Source: Nitrospira japonica (GTDB lineage: Bacteria; Nitrospirota; Thermodesulfovibrionia; Thermodesulfovibrionales; SM23-35). Taken from it: a stretch of 27,014 nucleotides of DNA. Below the pieces are notes generated by a model, which searched no databases, had not been told where the DNA came from, and was given only the letters and a program-made list of their open reading frames with translations. This document shows positions 18,591-27,014 of the stretch, piece by piece (positions within the stretch are counted from its first letter, which is position 1; each line of letters opens with the position of its first letter). The DNA lies in the NCBI GenBank assembly GCA_020725385.1, contig DYFC01000001.1, positions 1 to 27,014 on the forward strand. Reading direction: 5' to 3'. The translations under genes were made by a program, and so were the position numbers.

Positions 18591-19787
18591 ATGAATTATA
18601 ACGAAATAGTTGCTTTAAGAAAAGCCTTTAAATCTGTTAAAGAAAGGCAGAAAAATAAAGTACTTCCTGATTTTGAAAATAGAAAAAATAAATTAAAATC
18701 AATAAGGGAATTTTCTGTCGGTAACAGTGATCTTCTAAAACAGTCTGTAAGAAAATTAGAAGAGAATGGCATCAGGGTTTTTACTGCAAAAACTTGTGAA
18801 GATGCGATAGGAATTGTGCTTCAGGAAATCGGTCATGAAGAACTTATTGTAAAATCAAAATCTAATGTTACCAAAGAAATCAGACTTTCCGATGAATTAA
18901 AAGACAAGAATATAGAAGTAATAGAAACAGATATTGGCGATAGAATAATGCAGATTCTGAAATGTAAGCCTTCCCATCCAACAGGGCCTGTTGCGCATCT
19001 TTCAGCAAAAACAATTTCTAAAGGACTTTCAGAATATTATGGCAAAAAAATAAGTGATGATCCTGAAGAGATTGTGAAGTTTATGAGAAAAGAAATTAGA
19101 GAATACATCGAAAAAGCTAATATTGGCATTACAGGCGCCAATGCTATTACTGCCGAGGAAGGCTCTATTATTCTTGCGCATAATGAAGGTAATATATTTG
19201 AAGTATTGCGAAAGAAAAAACACATTGTTATTACAGGGATAGATAAAATATATCCGGCTATTGAAGATGCAATCAATATGCTCAAGATAATTTGCTTTAA
19301 CGCAACCGGTTCATTTATTCCATCTTTTGTTGAAATTATTAGCGGTATGAGTAAGACCGCTGATGTGGAGAAAAAGTTTTTTAAGGGAGTGCATCCACCC
19401 CGTGATGTAATTCTCATACTTCTTGATAATAAAAGAACAGAAATAATTGAAAAAGGTTATAAGGAGCTTCTTTATTGTATTGATTGCGGAAACTGCCTTT
19501 TGCACTGCCCTATGTATAATACTGTCGGCACTGAATTCGCCGAGGATAAATATCTTGGTGGAAAGGGTCTTGCATATCAGAGTATTTCTTCAGATGAAGT
19601 AAATAAAAAACTTGATTTTTGCCTTACATGCGGAAGATGTAAAAAGAATTGCCCCCTGTCCATAAATATTCCTTTAGCTATTAGAAAAATTAGAAGCGAT
19701 AATTTTATTAAAGAGTCTTATCTTTTCTTAAAATCCCACCTTTTCTGGATTTACCAGAATCTTTTGCTTTCTATGAAAACTAAATAG
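18591..19787 (+). CDS. LUD-domain 4Fe-4S protein (LutB/LldF-like)
   Basis: VKSKSNVTKEI, ETDIGD, PSHPTGP, GITGAN, NEGN, CIDCGNCLLHCP, CLTCGRCKKNCP. Confidence 0.85.
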   Translation: MNYNEIVALRKAFKSVKERQKNKVLPDFENRKNKLKSIREFSVGNSDLLKQSVRKLEENGIRVFTAKTCEDAIGIVLQEIGHEELIVKSKSNVTKEIRLSDELKDKNIEVIETDIGDRIMQILKCKPSHPTGPVAHLSAKTISKGLSEYYGKKISDDPEEIVKFMRKEIREYIEKANIGITGANAITAEEGSIILAHNEGNIFEVLRKKKHIVITGIDKIYPAIEDAINMLKIICFNATGSFIPSFVEIISGMSKTADVEKKFFKGVHPPRDVILILLDNKRTEIIEKGYKELLYCIDCGNCLLHCPMYNTVGTEFAEDKYLGGKGLAYQSISSDEVNKKLDFCLTCGRCKKNCPLSINIPLAIRKIRSDNFIKESYLFLKSHLFWIYQNLLLSMKTK

Positions 19788-19829
19788 AAATCGATATGTA
19801 GAGCAATTAAGATGAATCTATAAAGCTCC

Positions 19830-19884
19830 AAGATTCCTCGCTCCGCTCGGAATGACAGATAGTGAAGGATACGGATTAATATAG
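19830..19884. repeat. REP-like repeat, single arm, related to the core of the element at 22032-22217
   Basis: AAGATTCCTCGCTCCGCTCGGAATGACAGA matches 22062-22091 (AAGATTCCTCGCTTTGCTCGGAATGACAGA) with 2 mismatches. Confidence 0.85.
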
Positions 19885-19973
19885 GAAGGGGACGAAATTA
19901 TAAAAGTGACACAGCCTTTTGCCCAGAGAATCCAGAAAGCTTAAATACAGATAAAAATAATACCAAAAAATAC

Positions 19974-20037
19974 TTGACAAAATTCAGGAATACTAATAAA
20001 CTTATTGCAATCGGCAACCTATTACCTATGAGGTAAT
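19974..20037 (+). promoter_or_regulatory. Sigma70 promoter with a downstream palindrome
   Basis: TTGACA (19974-19979), 17 nt, TAAACT (19997-20002). ATTACCT-ATG-AGGTAAT at 20021-20037. Confidence 0.6.
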
Positions 20038-20212
20038 TTGATGTTTCCATTTAAATATTCCAAATCTGCTATGATTTTTGTTCCATTTTTCAATCAGTTA
20101 ATCTCTTTTTATTTAATACCGCTACAAGTATTTTTTTGTCCCGAGCAATTAAAAATACTTAATTTATATAACATTTTATATCAGAAATACTTAATGAAAA
20201 GGAGGAACGAAA

Positions 20213-21781
20213 ATGAGTTTAAGCAAACCTAATGCAAGTGCTGCAACTGTGACAACAACAAGAGTCTCGCCATCACCATTTTCCGGGTTATGTGTCAACT
20301 GTGTTGATGGATGCCCCGGATATTGTGAGGTGGGGAGGTCGGCTTTAAGAGGAAGGGAAATAATTTATCCCCAACCATTTGGAAAAGTAATTTCTGGCTC
20401 TGAAAAAGATTATCCTGTTGACTTTTCTCACTTTAATATTCATGGAACATGCGTAGGAGCTGTTGGTGCTGATGCTGATTCAGATAAGGCGACATTCCCA
20501 AACGTAAACGTTGAAACAGAAATAAACGGAGCTAATGGAAACAAAATAAAAATGAAGGTACCTGTTTTTACAGGCGCGCTTGGTTCAACAGAAGTTGCAC
20601 GTGTTAACTGGGAAGGAACAGCGATTGGTGCTGCGATTAGCGGTTCAATATTGGTATGTGGAGAAAACGTATGTGGAATGGATCCGAAAGCTGAAATTAA
20701 GAATGGAAAAATTGTCAATTCTCCGGAACTTGCAAGAAGAGTGAAGATTTACAAGGATTGGTATGATGGCTATGGCACAATGCTTGTTCAACTCAATGTA
20801 GAGGATACAAGATTAGGGGTTGCTGAATATGCAGTTGAAAAACTTGGTGTAGAAGGTATAGAGCTTAAATGGGGACAGGGTGCAAAATGTATAGGCGGAG
20901 AGGTAAAACTTCCAACTTTGGACAGAGCATTACAATTGAAATCAAGAGGATATATTGTTTTGCCAGACCCGGAAAATAAAACAGTCCAGGAAGCGCATAA
21001 ACTCGGAGGCATTGCAGAATTTGAACGTCATTCACGCCTTGGGATGGTAGATGAAGAATCTTTTATGAAGGAAGTAGAAAGAGTAAGAAAGATAGGAGCT
21101 AAATATGTAACATTGAAAACCGGAGCTTACAGACCTGTTGATCTTGCAAGAGCAGTTAAATATGCATCTCAAGCTAAAATTGACCTTCTTACTGTTGATG
21201 GCGCAGGTGGTGGTACAGGCATGAGCCCGTGGCGTATGATGAATGAATGGGGAATTCCTACGGTTTATCTTGAGAGTCTTCTTTATAAATATCTTAAAAG
21301 ATTACAGGAAAAGGGTGAATATATACCTCCTGTTGCAATAGCAGGTGGTATTACGCTGGAAGACCATATATTTAAGGCTATAGCTCTTGGCGCTCCTTTT
21401 GTAAAAGCAATATGTATGGGACGCTCTACTCTTACAGCAGGGATGGTAGGTAAGACACAGGGCAAATTTATAGAAGAAGCGTATGGTAAAGGTAAAGAGT
21501 ATGAAGAAGCCCTTCTTAGAACTTTCAATGGAGCTGCTTCCTTAAAAGAAAAATACGGGAAAGATTTTAAAAAGATACCTCCTTCTGCAATTGGAATATG
21601 GACATACTATGATAGACTTTCAGTCGGTTTAAAACAGTTAATGGCCGGGGCAAGAAAGTTTGCTCTTCAATATATTGACAGAAATGACATTATGTCATTG
21701 ACACGTGAGGCAGCAGATGTATCTGGAATAACATATCTTATGGATGCAGATATGAAAGAAGTTGAAAATATTTTAGGATAA
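20213..21781 (+). CDS. FMN-binding glutamate synthase family protein (stand-alone synthase domain, GltB2-like)
   Basis: IELKWGQGAKCIGGE, DGAGGGTG, WGIPT, AGG and FKAIALGA motifs; N-terminal CVNCVDGCPGYC; no amidotransferase domain. Confidence 0.88.
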   Translation: MSLSKPNASAATVTTTRVSPSPFSGLCVNCVDGCPGYCEVGRSALRGREIIYPQPFGKVISGSEKDYPVDFSHFNIHGTCVGAVGADADSDKATFPNVNVETEINGANGNKIKMKVPVFTGALGSTEVARVNWEGTAIGAAISGSILVCGENVCGMDPKAEIKNGKIVNSPELARRVKIYKDWYDGYGTMLVQLNVEDTRLGVAEYAVEKLGVEGIELKWGQGAKCIGGEVKLPTLDRALQLKSRGYIVLPDPENKTVQEAHKLGGIAEFERHSRLGMVDEESFMKEVERVRKIGAKYVTLKTGAYRPVDLARAVKYASQAKIDLLTVDGAGGGTGMSPWRMMNEWGIPTVYLESLLYKYLKRLQEKGEYIPPVAIAGGITLEDHIFKAIALGAPFVKAICMGRSTLTAGMVGKTQGKFIEEAYGKGKEYEEALLRTFNGAASLKEKYGKDFKKIPPSAIGIWTYYDRLSVGLKQLMAGARKFALQYIDRNDIMSLTREAADVSGITYLMDADMKEVENILG

Positions 21782-21791
21782 GGAGGAAAAA

Positions 21792-22013
21792 ATGCTTAAT
21801 TTGATTTGTTATAAATATTGTGCTTCACCTTTTTGTATGGTTAGTTGTCCTGCCGGAGCAATAAGTATTTCTGAGAAGGACAATAATGTATATGCTGATA
21901 CAAATAAATGCAATAGATGTGGAATTTGCAGGGGAATGTGTTCGATTCTGAGTTTTGATAAAAATCTAAGAAGGAAAAGACCATGGATGCGTGAGGATTT
22001 TGGAAAAAAGTAA
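21792..22013 (+). CDS. Small 4Fe-4S ferredoxin-like protein
   Basis: RBS AGGAGG; CYKYCASPFCMVSCP and CNRCGICRGMC. Confidence 0.75.
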   Translation: MLNLICYKYCASPFCMVSCPAGAISISEKDNNVYADTNKCNRCGICRGMCSILSFDKNLRRKRPWMREDFGKK

Positions 22014-22031
22014 GACAATTATTTTGAGGGT

Positions 22032-22217
22032 CAGCAATTCACGTTGAATATTGAAAGGCGTAAGATTCCTCGCTTTGCTCGGAATGACAGAAAGTAAGGT
22101 GCCCGGAATGACAGAGAGTAAAGGATTCGGAATAATAGAGAAAAGAAGATTTGTGTTGTCATTCCGAAGGAGTATAGGCGACTGAGGAATCTTACCTCTT
22201 TTTACCGTAAATTGCTG
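22032..22217. mobile_element. 186-bp non-autonomous MITE-like element with internal REP-like inverted repeats
   Basis: TIRs CAGCAATTCACG (22032-22043) / CGTAAATTGCTG (22206-22217), 11/12 match. Perfect 9-bp direct repeat TTTGAGGGT at 22023-22031 and 22218-22226. Confidence 0.8.
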
Positions 22218-22231
22218 TTTGAGGGTATATT

Positions 22232-22702
22232 ATGGAAGAGGAAATTTTGGAAGATATACTTTCAGGTTATAGGGGCAATCGCAGTGAGATTGTCCCTATT
22301 CTTCAAGAGGTTCAAGACAATCTTGGCTATTTGCCTGAGAAAGCAATGACAGAAATAGCAGAATTTATAGGAGTGCCCGAAAGTCATGTTTATTCAGTTG
22401 CTTCTTTTTATGCACAGTTCAGATTACTTCCATTGGGAAGAAAAAGAATTGCTGTATGTAGAGGAACCGCATGTCATATCAGAGGTGCTCCACAGATTCT
22501 AAAAACAATTGAGCAAAAGATAAATTTAAAAGAGGGTGAGACATCTGAAGATCTTGAATACACCCTTGAAACCGTAGCATGTATAGGTTGTTGCGCACTT
22601 GCACCTTGCATAAGAATTAATAAAGATGTGTCAGGTGAAATGACGCCTGAAAAGGCAGAATTGTTATTCTCTGAAAATAATAAAGAGGCAGAAAATGAAT
22701 GA
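22232..22702 (+). CDS. NuoE/HydC-like [2Fe-2S] subunit
   Basis: VASFYAQF, CRGTACH, CIGCCALAP. Confidence 0.9.
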   Translation: MEEEILEDILSGYRGNRSEIVPILQEVQDNLGYLPEKAMTEIAEFIGVPESHVYSVASFYAQFRLLPLGRKRIAVCRGTACHIRGAPQILKTIEQKINLKEGETSEDLEYTLETVACIGCCALAPCIRINKDVSGEMTPEKAELLFSENNKEAENE

Positions 22703-24311
22703 CAAAAAAGTCTTGCTACATGTTTGTCAGGGAACAGGTTGCATATCAGGAGGTGCAGATAAAGTTTTTAATCAACTTAATGAATTATTAGATAATTCAG
22801 ACTACAATCATAATGTTATTGTCAAAAAAACAGGTTGTCATGGTTTCTGCCAGCAAGGACCTCTTATTGTTGTTGAACCTCATGGATTCTTTTATACGAA
22901 AGTAAAAGAGGATGATATCGGAGAAATTTTAAAATCACTTGAACCTGATGGTAATCCTGTAAAAAGACTTTTTTATCATGAACCATTAACCAATCAACCT
23001 ATACCAAAATATAATGATATACCTTTTTATAAACTTCAAACCAGAGAAATTTTAAGACATTGTGGAGACATTGATCCCGAAGATATACAGGATTATATAT
23101 CAATAGGCGGTTATAAAGCTTTAAATAAAGCCTTATTACAGAGTCCTGAAAATATAATTAATGAAGTAAAAAGATCAGGACTCAGGGGACTTGGTGGAGC
23201 CGGTTTTCCTGCAGGAAGAAAATGGGAATTATGCAGAAATGCTAAGGGGGACATTAAATATGTTATCTGCAATGCTGATGAAGGAGACCCCGGCGCTTTT
23301 CAGGACCGTTCTGTAATGGAGGGGAATCCTCATTCAGTTATTGAAGGAATGATTATTGCCGGATACGCTGTTGGAGCTCAAAAAGGATTTATTTATGTAA
23401 GGGCAGAATATCCACTCGCTGTTTTAAGGTTGAAAATTGCGATAGAACAGGCACGTGAAGAAGGATTTTTAGGAGAAAATATCCTTGATACCAACTTTAG
23501 TTTTGATATAGAAATCTTTCAGGGTGCAGGCGCATTTGTATGCGGTGAATCTACTGCTTTAGTACGCTCTATTGAGGGCAAAAGAGGTTGGCCAAAACCA
23601 ATGCCCCGTGCACATACTACAGAAGAAGGATTATGGAATAAGCCAACTCTGCTTAATAATGTTAAGACGTTCGCAAATATTCCCTTAATAATCAATAATG
23701 GGGCTAAATGGTTTTCTTCGAAAGGTACTGAAAAATGTAAAGGCACTGCTGTTTTCTCATTAACAGGAAAAGTCGTAAATTGTGGTTTGATCGAGGTTCC
23801 AATGGGTATTACTTTAAGAAAAATTATATATGAAATCGGAGGAGGGATTGCAGGCGGTAAAAAATTGAAAGCAGTCCAGACAGGAGGACCATCAGGAGGT
23901 TGTATTCCAGCGGATTTGCTTGATATGCCGGTAGATTTTGATTCTCTTAAAGAAGCAGGAACAATTATGGGTTCCGGAGGGATGGTAATAATGGATGAAG
24001 ATACCTGTATGGTTGATGTTGCGCGTTATTTTCTTGATTTTACGCAGAGAGAATCTTGTGGACAGTGTATTCCATGCAGGCTTGGAACAGTTCAGATGTT
24101 TAAAATTCTAGATGATATAACAAAAGGTAAAGGAAGAAAAGGAGATATTGATTTATTGATTGAACTTAGCGAGTCAATTATGAAAGGTTCAATATGCGGA
24201 CTTGGCAAAACTGCTCCAAACCCTGTTTTAACAACAATACGTTATTTCAGGAATGAGTATGAGGCTCATATAAATGATAAAAAATGTCCTGCAAAAATTT
24301 GTGCGATGTAA
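22695..24311 (+). CDS. NuoF/HydB-like FMN/NAD(P)-binding diaphorase subunit
   Basis: N-terminal CQGTGC..GCHGFC domain, [43 protein letters not shown]. Ends at CPAKICAM without a C-terminal 2x[4Fe-4S] domain. Confidence 0.9.
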   Translation: MNDKKVLLHVCQGTGCISGGADKVFNQLNELLDNSDYNHNVIVKKTGCHGFCQQGPLIVVEPHGFFYTKVKEDDIGEILKSLEPDGNPVKRLFYHEPLTNQPIPKYNDIPFYKLQTREILRHCGDIDPEDIQDYISIGGYKALNKALLQSPENIINEVKRSGLRGLGGAGFPAGRKWELCRNAKGDIKYVICNADEGDPGAFQDRSVMEGNPHSVIEGMIIAGYAVGAQKGFIYVRAEYPLAVLRLKIAIEQAREEGFLGENILDTNFSFDIEIFQGAGAFVCGESTALVRSIEGKRGWPKPMPRAHTTEEGLWNKPTLLNNVKTFANIPLIINNGAKWFSSKGTEKCKGTAVFSLTGKVVNCGLIEVPMGITLRKIIYEIGGGIAGGKKLKAVQTGGPSGGCIPADLLDMPVDFDSLKEAGTIMGSGGMVIMDEDTCMVDVARYFLDFTQRESCGQCIPCRLGTVQMFKILDDITKGKGRKGDIDLLIELSESIMKGSICGLGKTAPNPVLTTIRYFRNEYEAHINDKKCPAKICAM

Positions 24312-24323
24312 TGAACTAAAGAA

Positions 24324-26924
24324 ATGGAGAATTTTATGGAAACTATAACCATAAATATTGATGGACGGGAAATTATAGCAAGAAAAAATTCAACCATTCT
24401 TGAGAGTGCTCTTGAAAATAAAATATTTATTCCACATCTTTGTTACCATCCTGATTTGAAACCAGCCGGTTCCTGCAGATTATGTCTTGTAGAACTTGAT
24501 AACGGTAAAATTCTGACATCATGCAGGATGCCTGTTAAAGAAGGAATGACTATCAAAACAAATAGCCCTGAAATAGAAAGAATTAGACTTCCTATAGTTG
24601 AAATGATTGTTTCTAATCATCATATGGATTGTAAGAATTGCCTTAAAAAAGGAAATTGTACATTGCAACGCATAATGGCTTTCATGAAAATTGACAAACA
24701 GAAGATTAGAGAAAATTACCGTCTGCCTGAAAAAGATCTGCCTCTTGATGATTCAAATCCATTTTTTATAAGAGACCATAATAAATGTGTATTGTGTGGG
24801 ATATGTGTGAGAACATGTCAGGAAATTACGAAGATAAATGCGATTGATTTTGCGGGAAGGGGGAATACTGCCAAGATAGCTACTTTTGGTGATAAACCTG
24901 TAACTCAATCAAAATGTGTATCATGCGGGGAGTGTGTTGTGCGCTGTCCTGTGGGGGCTCTTGTTCTTAGAACGCCAAGAAAACCCTCTACAGAAATTAA
25001 GACTGTATGTCCTCATTGCGGTGTTGGATGTGGAGTGTATATTGGTATAAAAGATAATCAGATAGTTAGTGTCAAAGGTGACAAATTAAATCATATAAAC
25101 AATGGAATTCTTTGTGTGAAAGGAAGATTCGGACTTGATTTCGTATCATCACCGGAACGTCTTAACAATCCAATAATAAAGAAAAAAGAAGTAACATGGG
25201 ATGAAGCCTTTGATTATATATCTAAAAAGCTCAAAAGATATAAAGGTGATGATTTTGCAATGATCGCATCTCCAAGATGTACAAATGAAGAAAATTATAT
25301 TGCCCAGAAATTTACGCGTGTTGTTATGGGAAGTAACAATATTGATACTCCTGTTCGTCTCTGTTCGGGCCCCACACTTGCTGCTTTGAGAAAAACAGGC
25401 AACTGGATGGATTTTGATATGATTTATGAAGATCCGAATAAACCACCTGACCTTCTTCAAAAAACAAAGGACTTTCTTGAGTACGCAAATTGCATAATTT
25501 TAGCAGGTACAAATATTACAAAATCATATCCTATTTTGGGAATCAGAATAAAAAAAGCTCTTGAAAATGGTAAAAAGCTTATTGTAATAAGCCCGAATAG
25601 GACCGAACTGACCCGTTATGCTTATAAATGGCTTCAACCATACCCGGGAACAGACCTTGCAGTTATAACGGGAATGTGTAATGTAATTTTAGAAGAAGGA
25701 CTTCACGATGAGCATTTCTTAAGGACCTATTGTAATAATTTTGATGAATTTAAAGAATCCCTTGAAGATTTCTCTCCCGGAAGAGTTGAGAGGATAACAG
25801 GGGTATCACGTAATTTAATAGAAGACGCTGCAAAAATATATTCAGAAAACAAACCGGGCATAATATTTTGGGGAACAGGAATTACTCAATATTCACACGG
25901 GACTGAAAGTGTTTATTCACTTATTAATCTTGCGTTGATTACAGGAAATATTCAATTTAATCATTCACTAATTCCATTGTGGAGGCAGAGCAATGCTCTT
26001 GGTGCATGTGATATGGGATGCCTTCCTGATTTCTATCCAGGGTATCAGCCCGTTGATTCTGGGGAAATATCAAAGAAATTCAGTTATTACTGGAATAAAG
26101 GTATGAATATAGTGCCCGGGCTTACTTTAAATGAAATACTCGATGCAGCAATTCAAGGTAAAATTAAATGCATTTATATAATCGGCTCAAATCTGGGTTC
26201 TACAATTGCACCGCCATCCAGAGTTAAAACTGCATTAAAGAAGTCAAAACTTGTTATTGTGCAGGATATGTTTTTAAATGAAACCTCCGGTTATGCTGAT
26301 GTTATTCTGCCTGCATCTGGTTTTGCTGAAAAATCAGGTAGTGTCATTAATTTTCAAGGTAAAGTTCAGAGGGTTAACAGAGCTTTAAATTCTAAAAACG
26401 GTACAATGAGTGACTGGGAAATATTATGTGAGATTGCTAAACGGATGAAGTGCGAAGGATTTGAATATAGTAGCAGTGATAATATTCTTGATGAGATCAA
26501 TAATGTCATTCAGGATTTTCAGGTAAAAATTGATAAATTTAATCTTTTTCCACTGCATTTTAACGCTCCTGAAGAGATAACAGATATGGATTATCCACTA
26601 TATTTGATTACAGAAAGAGATTTGTTTACAGGTGGAGTAATTGTTAATAAAGTAGATGGCTTGAGAAAATTAAGGGTGAAAGATGTTATATATATGAATC
26701 CAAAAGATGCTGATGATTTTGCTTTAGAAGAAGATGAGAGGATTATGGTAATTTCAAGACATGGTAAAAAACAAGGGATTCTAAAAGTTACCGGAGACAC
26801 GCCTGCCGGAGTAATTGTTATGAATGTTGATGAAAGTATAAATAAACTTTTCAATCCTGTTATTGATGAAAGCTCCAAAACACCTGAAATGAAAATTTGT
26901 GCAGTCAGGGTAGAGAAAATATAA
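24324..26924 (+). CDS. NuoG/FdhA-like molybdopterin-oxidoreductase-family subunit with altered FDH catalytic motifs
   Basis: N-terminal 2Fe-2S and 4Fe-4S motifs (GSCRLC, H..DCKNC..C, CVLCGICVRTC, CVSCGECVVRCP), CPHCGVGC..CVKG, TNEENY, ADVILP..FAEKSG. Confidence 0.85.
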   Translation: MENFMETITINIDGREIIARKNSTILESALENKIFIPHLCYHPDLKPAGSCRLCLVELDNGKILTSCRMPVKEGMTIKTNSPEIERIRLPIVEMIVSNHHMDCKNCLKKGNCTLQRIMAFMKIDKQKIRENYRLPEKDLPLDDSNPFFIRDHNKCVLCGICVRTCQEITKINAIDFAGRGNTAKIATFGDKPVTQSKCVSCGECVVRCPVGALVLRTPRKPSTEIKTVCPHCGVGCGVYIGIKDNQIVSVKGDKLNHINNGILCVKGRFGLDFVSSPERLNNPIIKKKEVTWDEAFDYISKKLKRYKGDDFAMIASPRCTNEENYIAQKFTRVVMGSNNIDTPVRLCSGPTLAALRKTGNWMDFDMIYEDPNKPPDLLQKTKDFLEYANCIILAGTNITKSYPILGIRIKKALENGKKLIVISPNRTELTRYAYKWLQPYPGTDLAVITGMCNVILEEGLHDEHFLRTYCNNFDEFKESLEDFSPGRVERITGVSRNLIEDAAKIYSENKPGIIFWGTGITQYSHGTESVYSLINLALITGNIQFNHSLIPLWRQSNALGACDMGCLPDFYPGYQPVDSGEISKKFSYYWNKGMNIVPGLTLNEILDAAIQGKIKCIYIIGSNLGSTIAPPSRVKTALKKSKLVIVQDMFLNETSGYADVILPASGFAEKSGSVINFQGKVQRVNRALNSKNGTMSDWEILCEIAKRMKCEGFEYSSSDNILDEINNVIQDFQVKIDKFNLFPLHFNAPEEITDMDYPLYLITERDLFTGGVIVNKVDGLRKLRVKDVIYMNPKDADDFALEEDERIMVISRHGKKQGILKVTGDTPAGVIVMNVDESINKLFNPVIDESSKTPEMKICAVRVEKI

Positions 26925-27014
26925 TCCATAGAATACGTTGCTATGTAGTTTATCCGAATAGTGTATTTTCTGCTTTACCCAAATAATGCAGACATTGCTC
27001 AAAAATTTATTTAA

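Noticed and set aside
20038-20232. 64-aa ORF in the leader of the glutamate-synthase-like gene
   Set aside because: Low-complexity F/L/I-rich translation of U-rich DNA with no recognisable motif.
22062-22140. CRISPR-like array from the repeated CGGAATGACAGA units
   Set aside because: Period of only about 24 nt, related spacers, decaying copies and no cas genes; better explained as REP/MITE interior.
424-27002. Short antisense or overlapping ORFs in the track (e.g. 1569-1904, 2215-2625, 16515-16934, 19037-19417, 26591-26929, 26781-27002)
   Set aside because: They overlap well-supported genes or promoters and show no motifs; shadow ORFs.

Overview
AT-rich bacterial window of anaerobic energy-metabolism genes; the gene content suggests a sulfate-reducer-like organism, possibly Thermodesulfovibrionia/Nitrospirota (inference only). 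Left half: a hybrid transmembrane electron-transfer operon, tmcD-tmcC-tmcB-hmcA-hmcB-hmcC-hmcD, flanked by two paralogous MerR regulators with Cys-rich 'CW' tails, a stand-alone two-CW protein and a flavin reductase. Main observation: the ORF track splits tmcB at an in-frame TGA (4473-4475). This TGA sits at the Cys of the conserved E-C-G-H motif and is followed by a SECIS-like hairpin, so TmcB is probably a selenoprotein. A weaker second Sec candidate (C-terminal Cys-UGA-Ala-stop plus hairpin) lies in the flavin reductase. Middle: ilvB, ilvN, LPS heptose genes (waaC, waaF-gmhB fusion), lapA, tsaC, an HcpR-like Crp/Fnr regulator with a well-placed box in front of an Fe-S gene, and a LUD/Fe-S protein. 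Right: an FMN-only glutamate-synthase-family gene, a ferredoxin and a NuoE/NuoF/FdhA-like trio with an NADP-type substitution and an altered FDH active site. A 186-bp MITE with a 9-bp target-site duplication interrupts this cluster. No rRNA, tRNA or CRISPR was seen.
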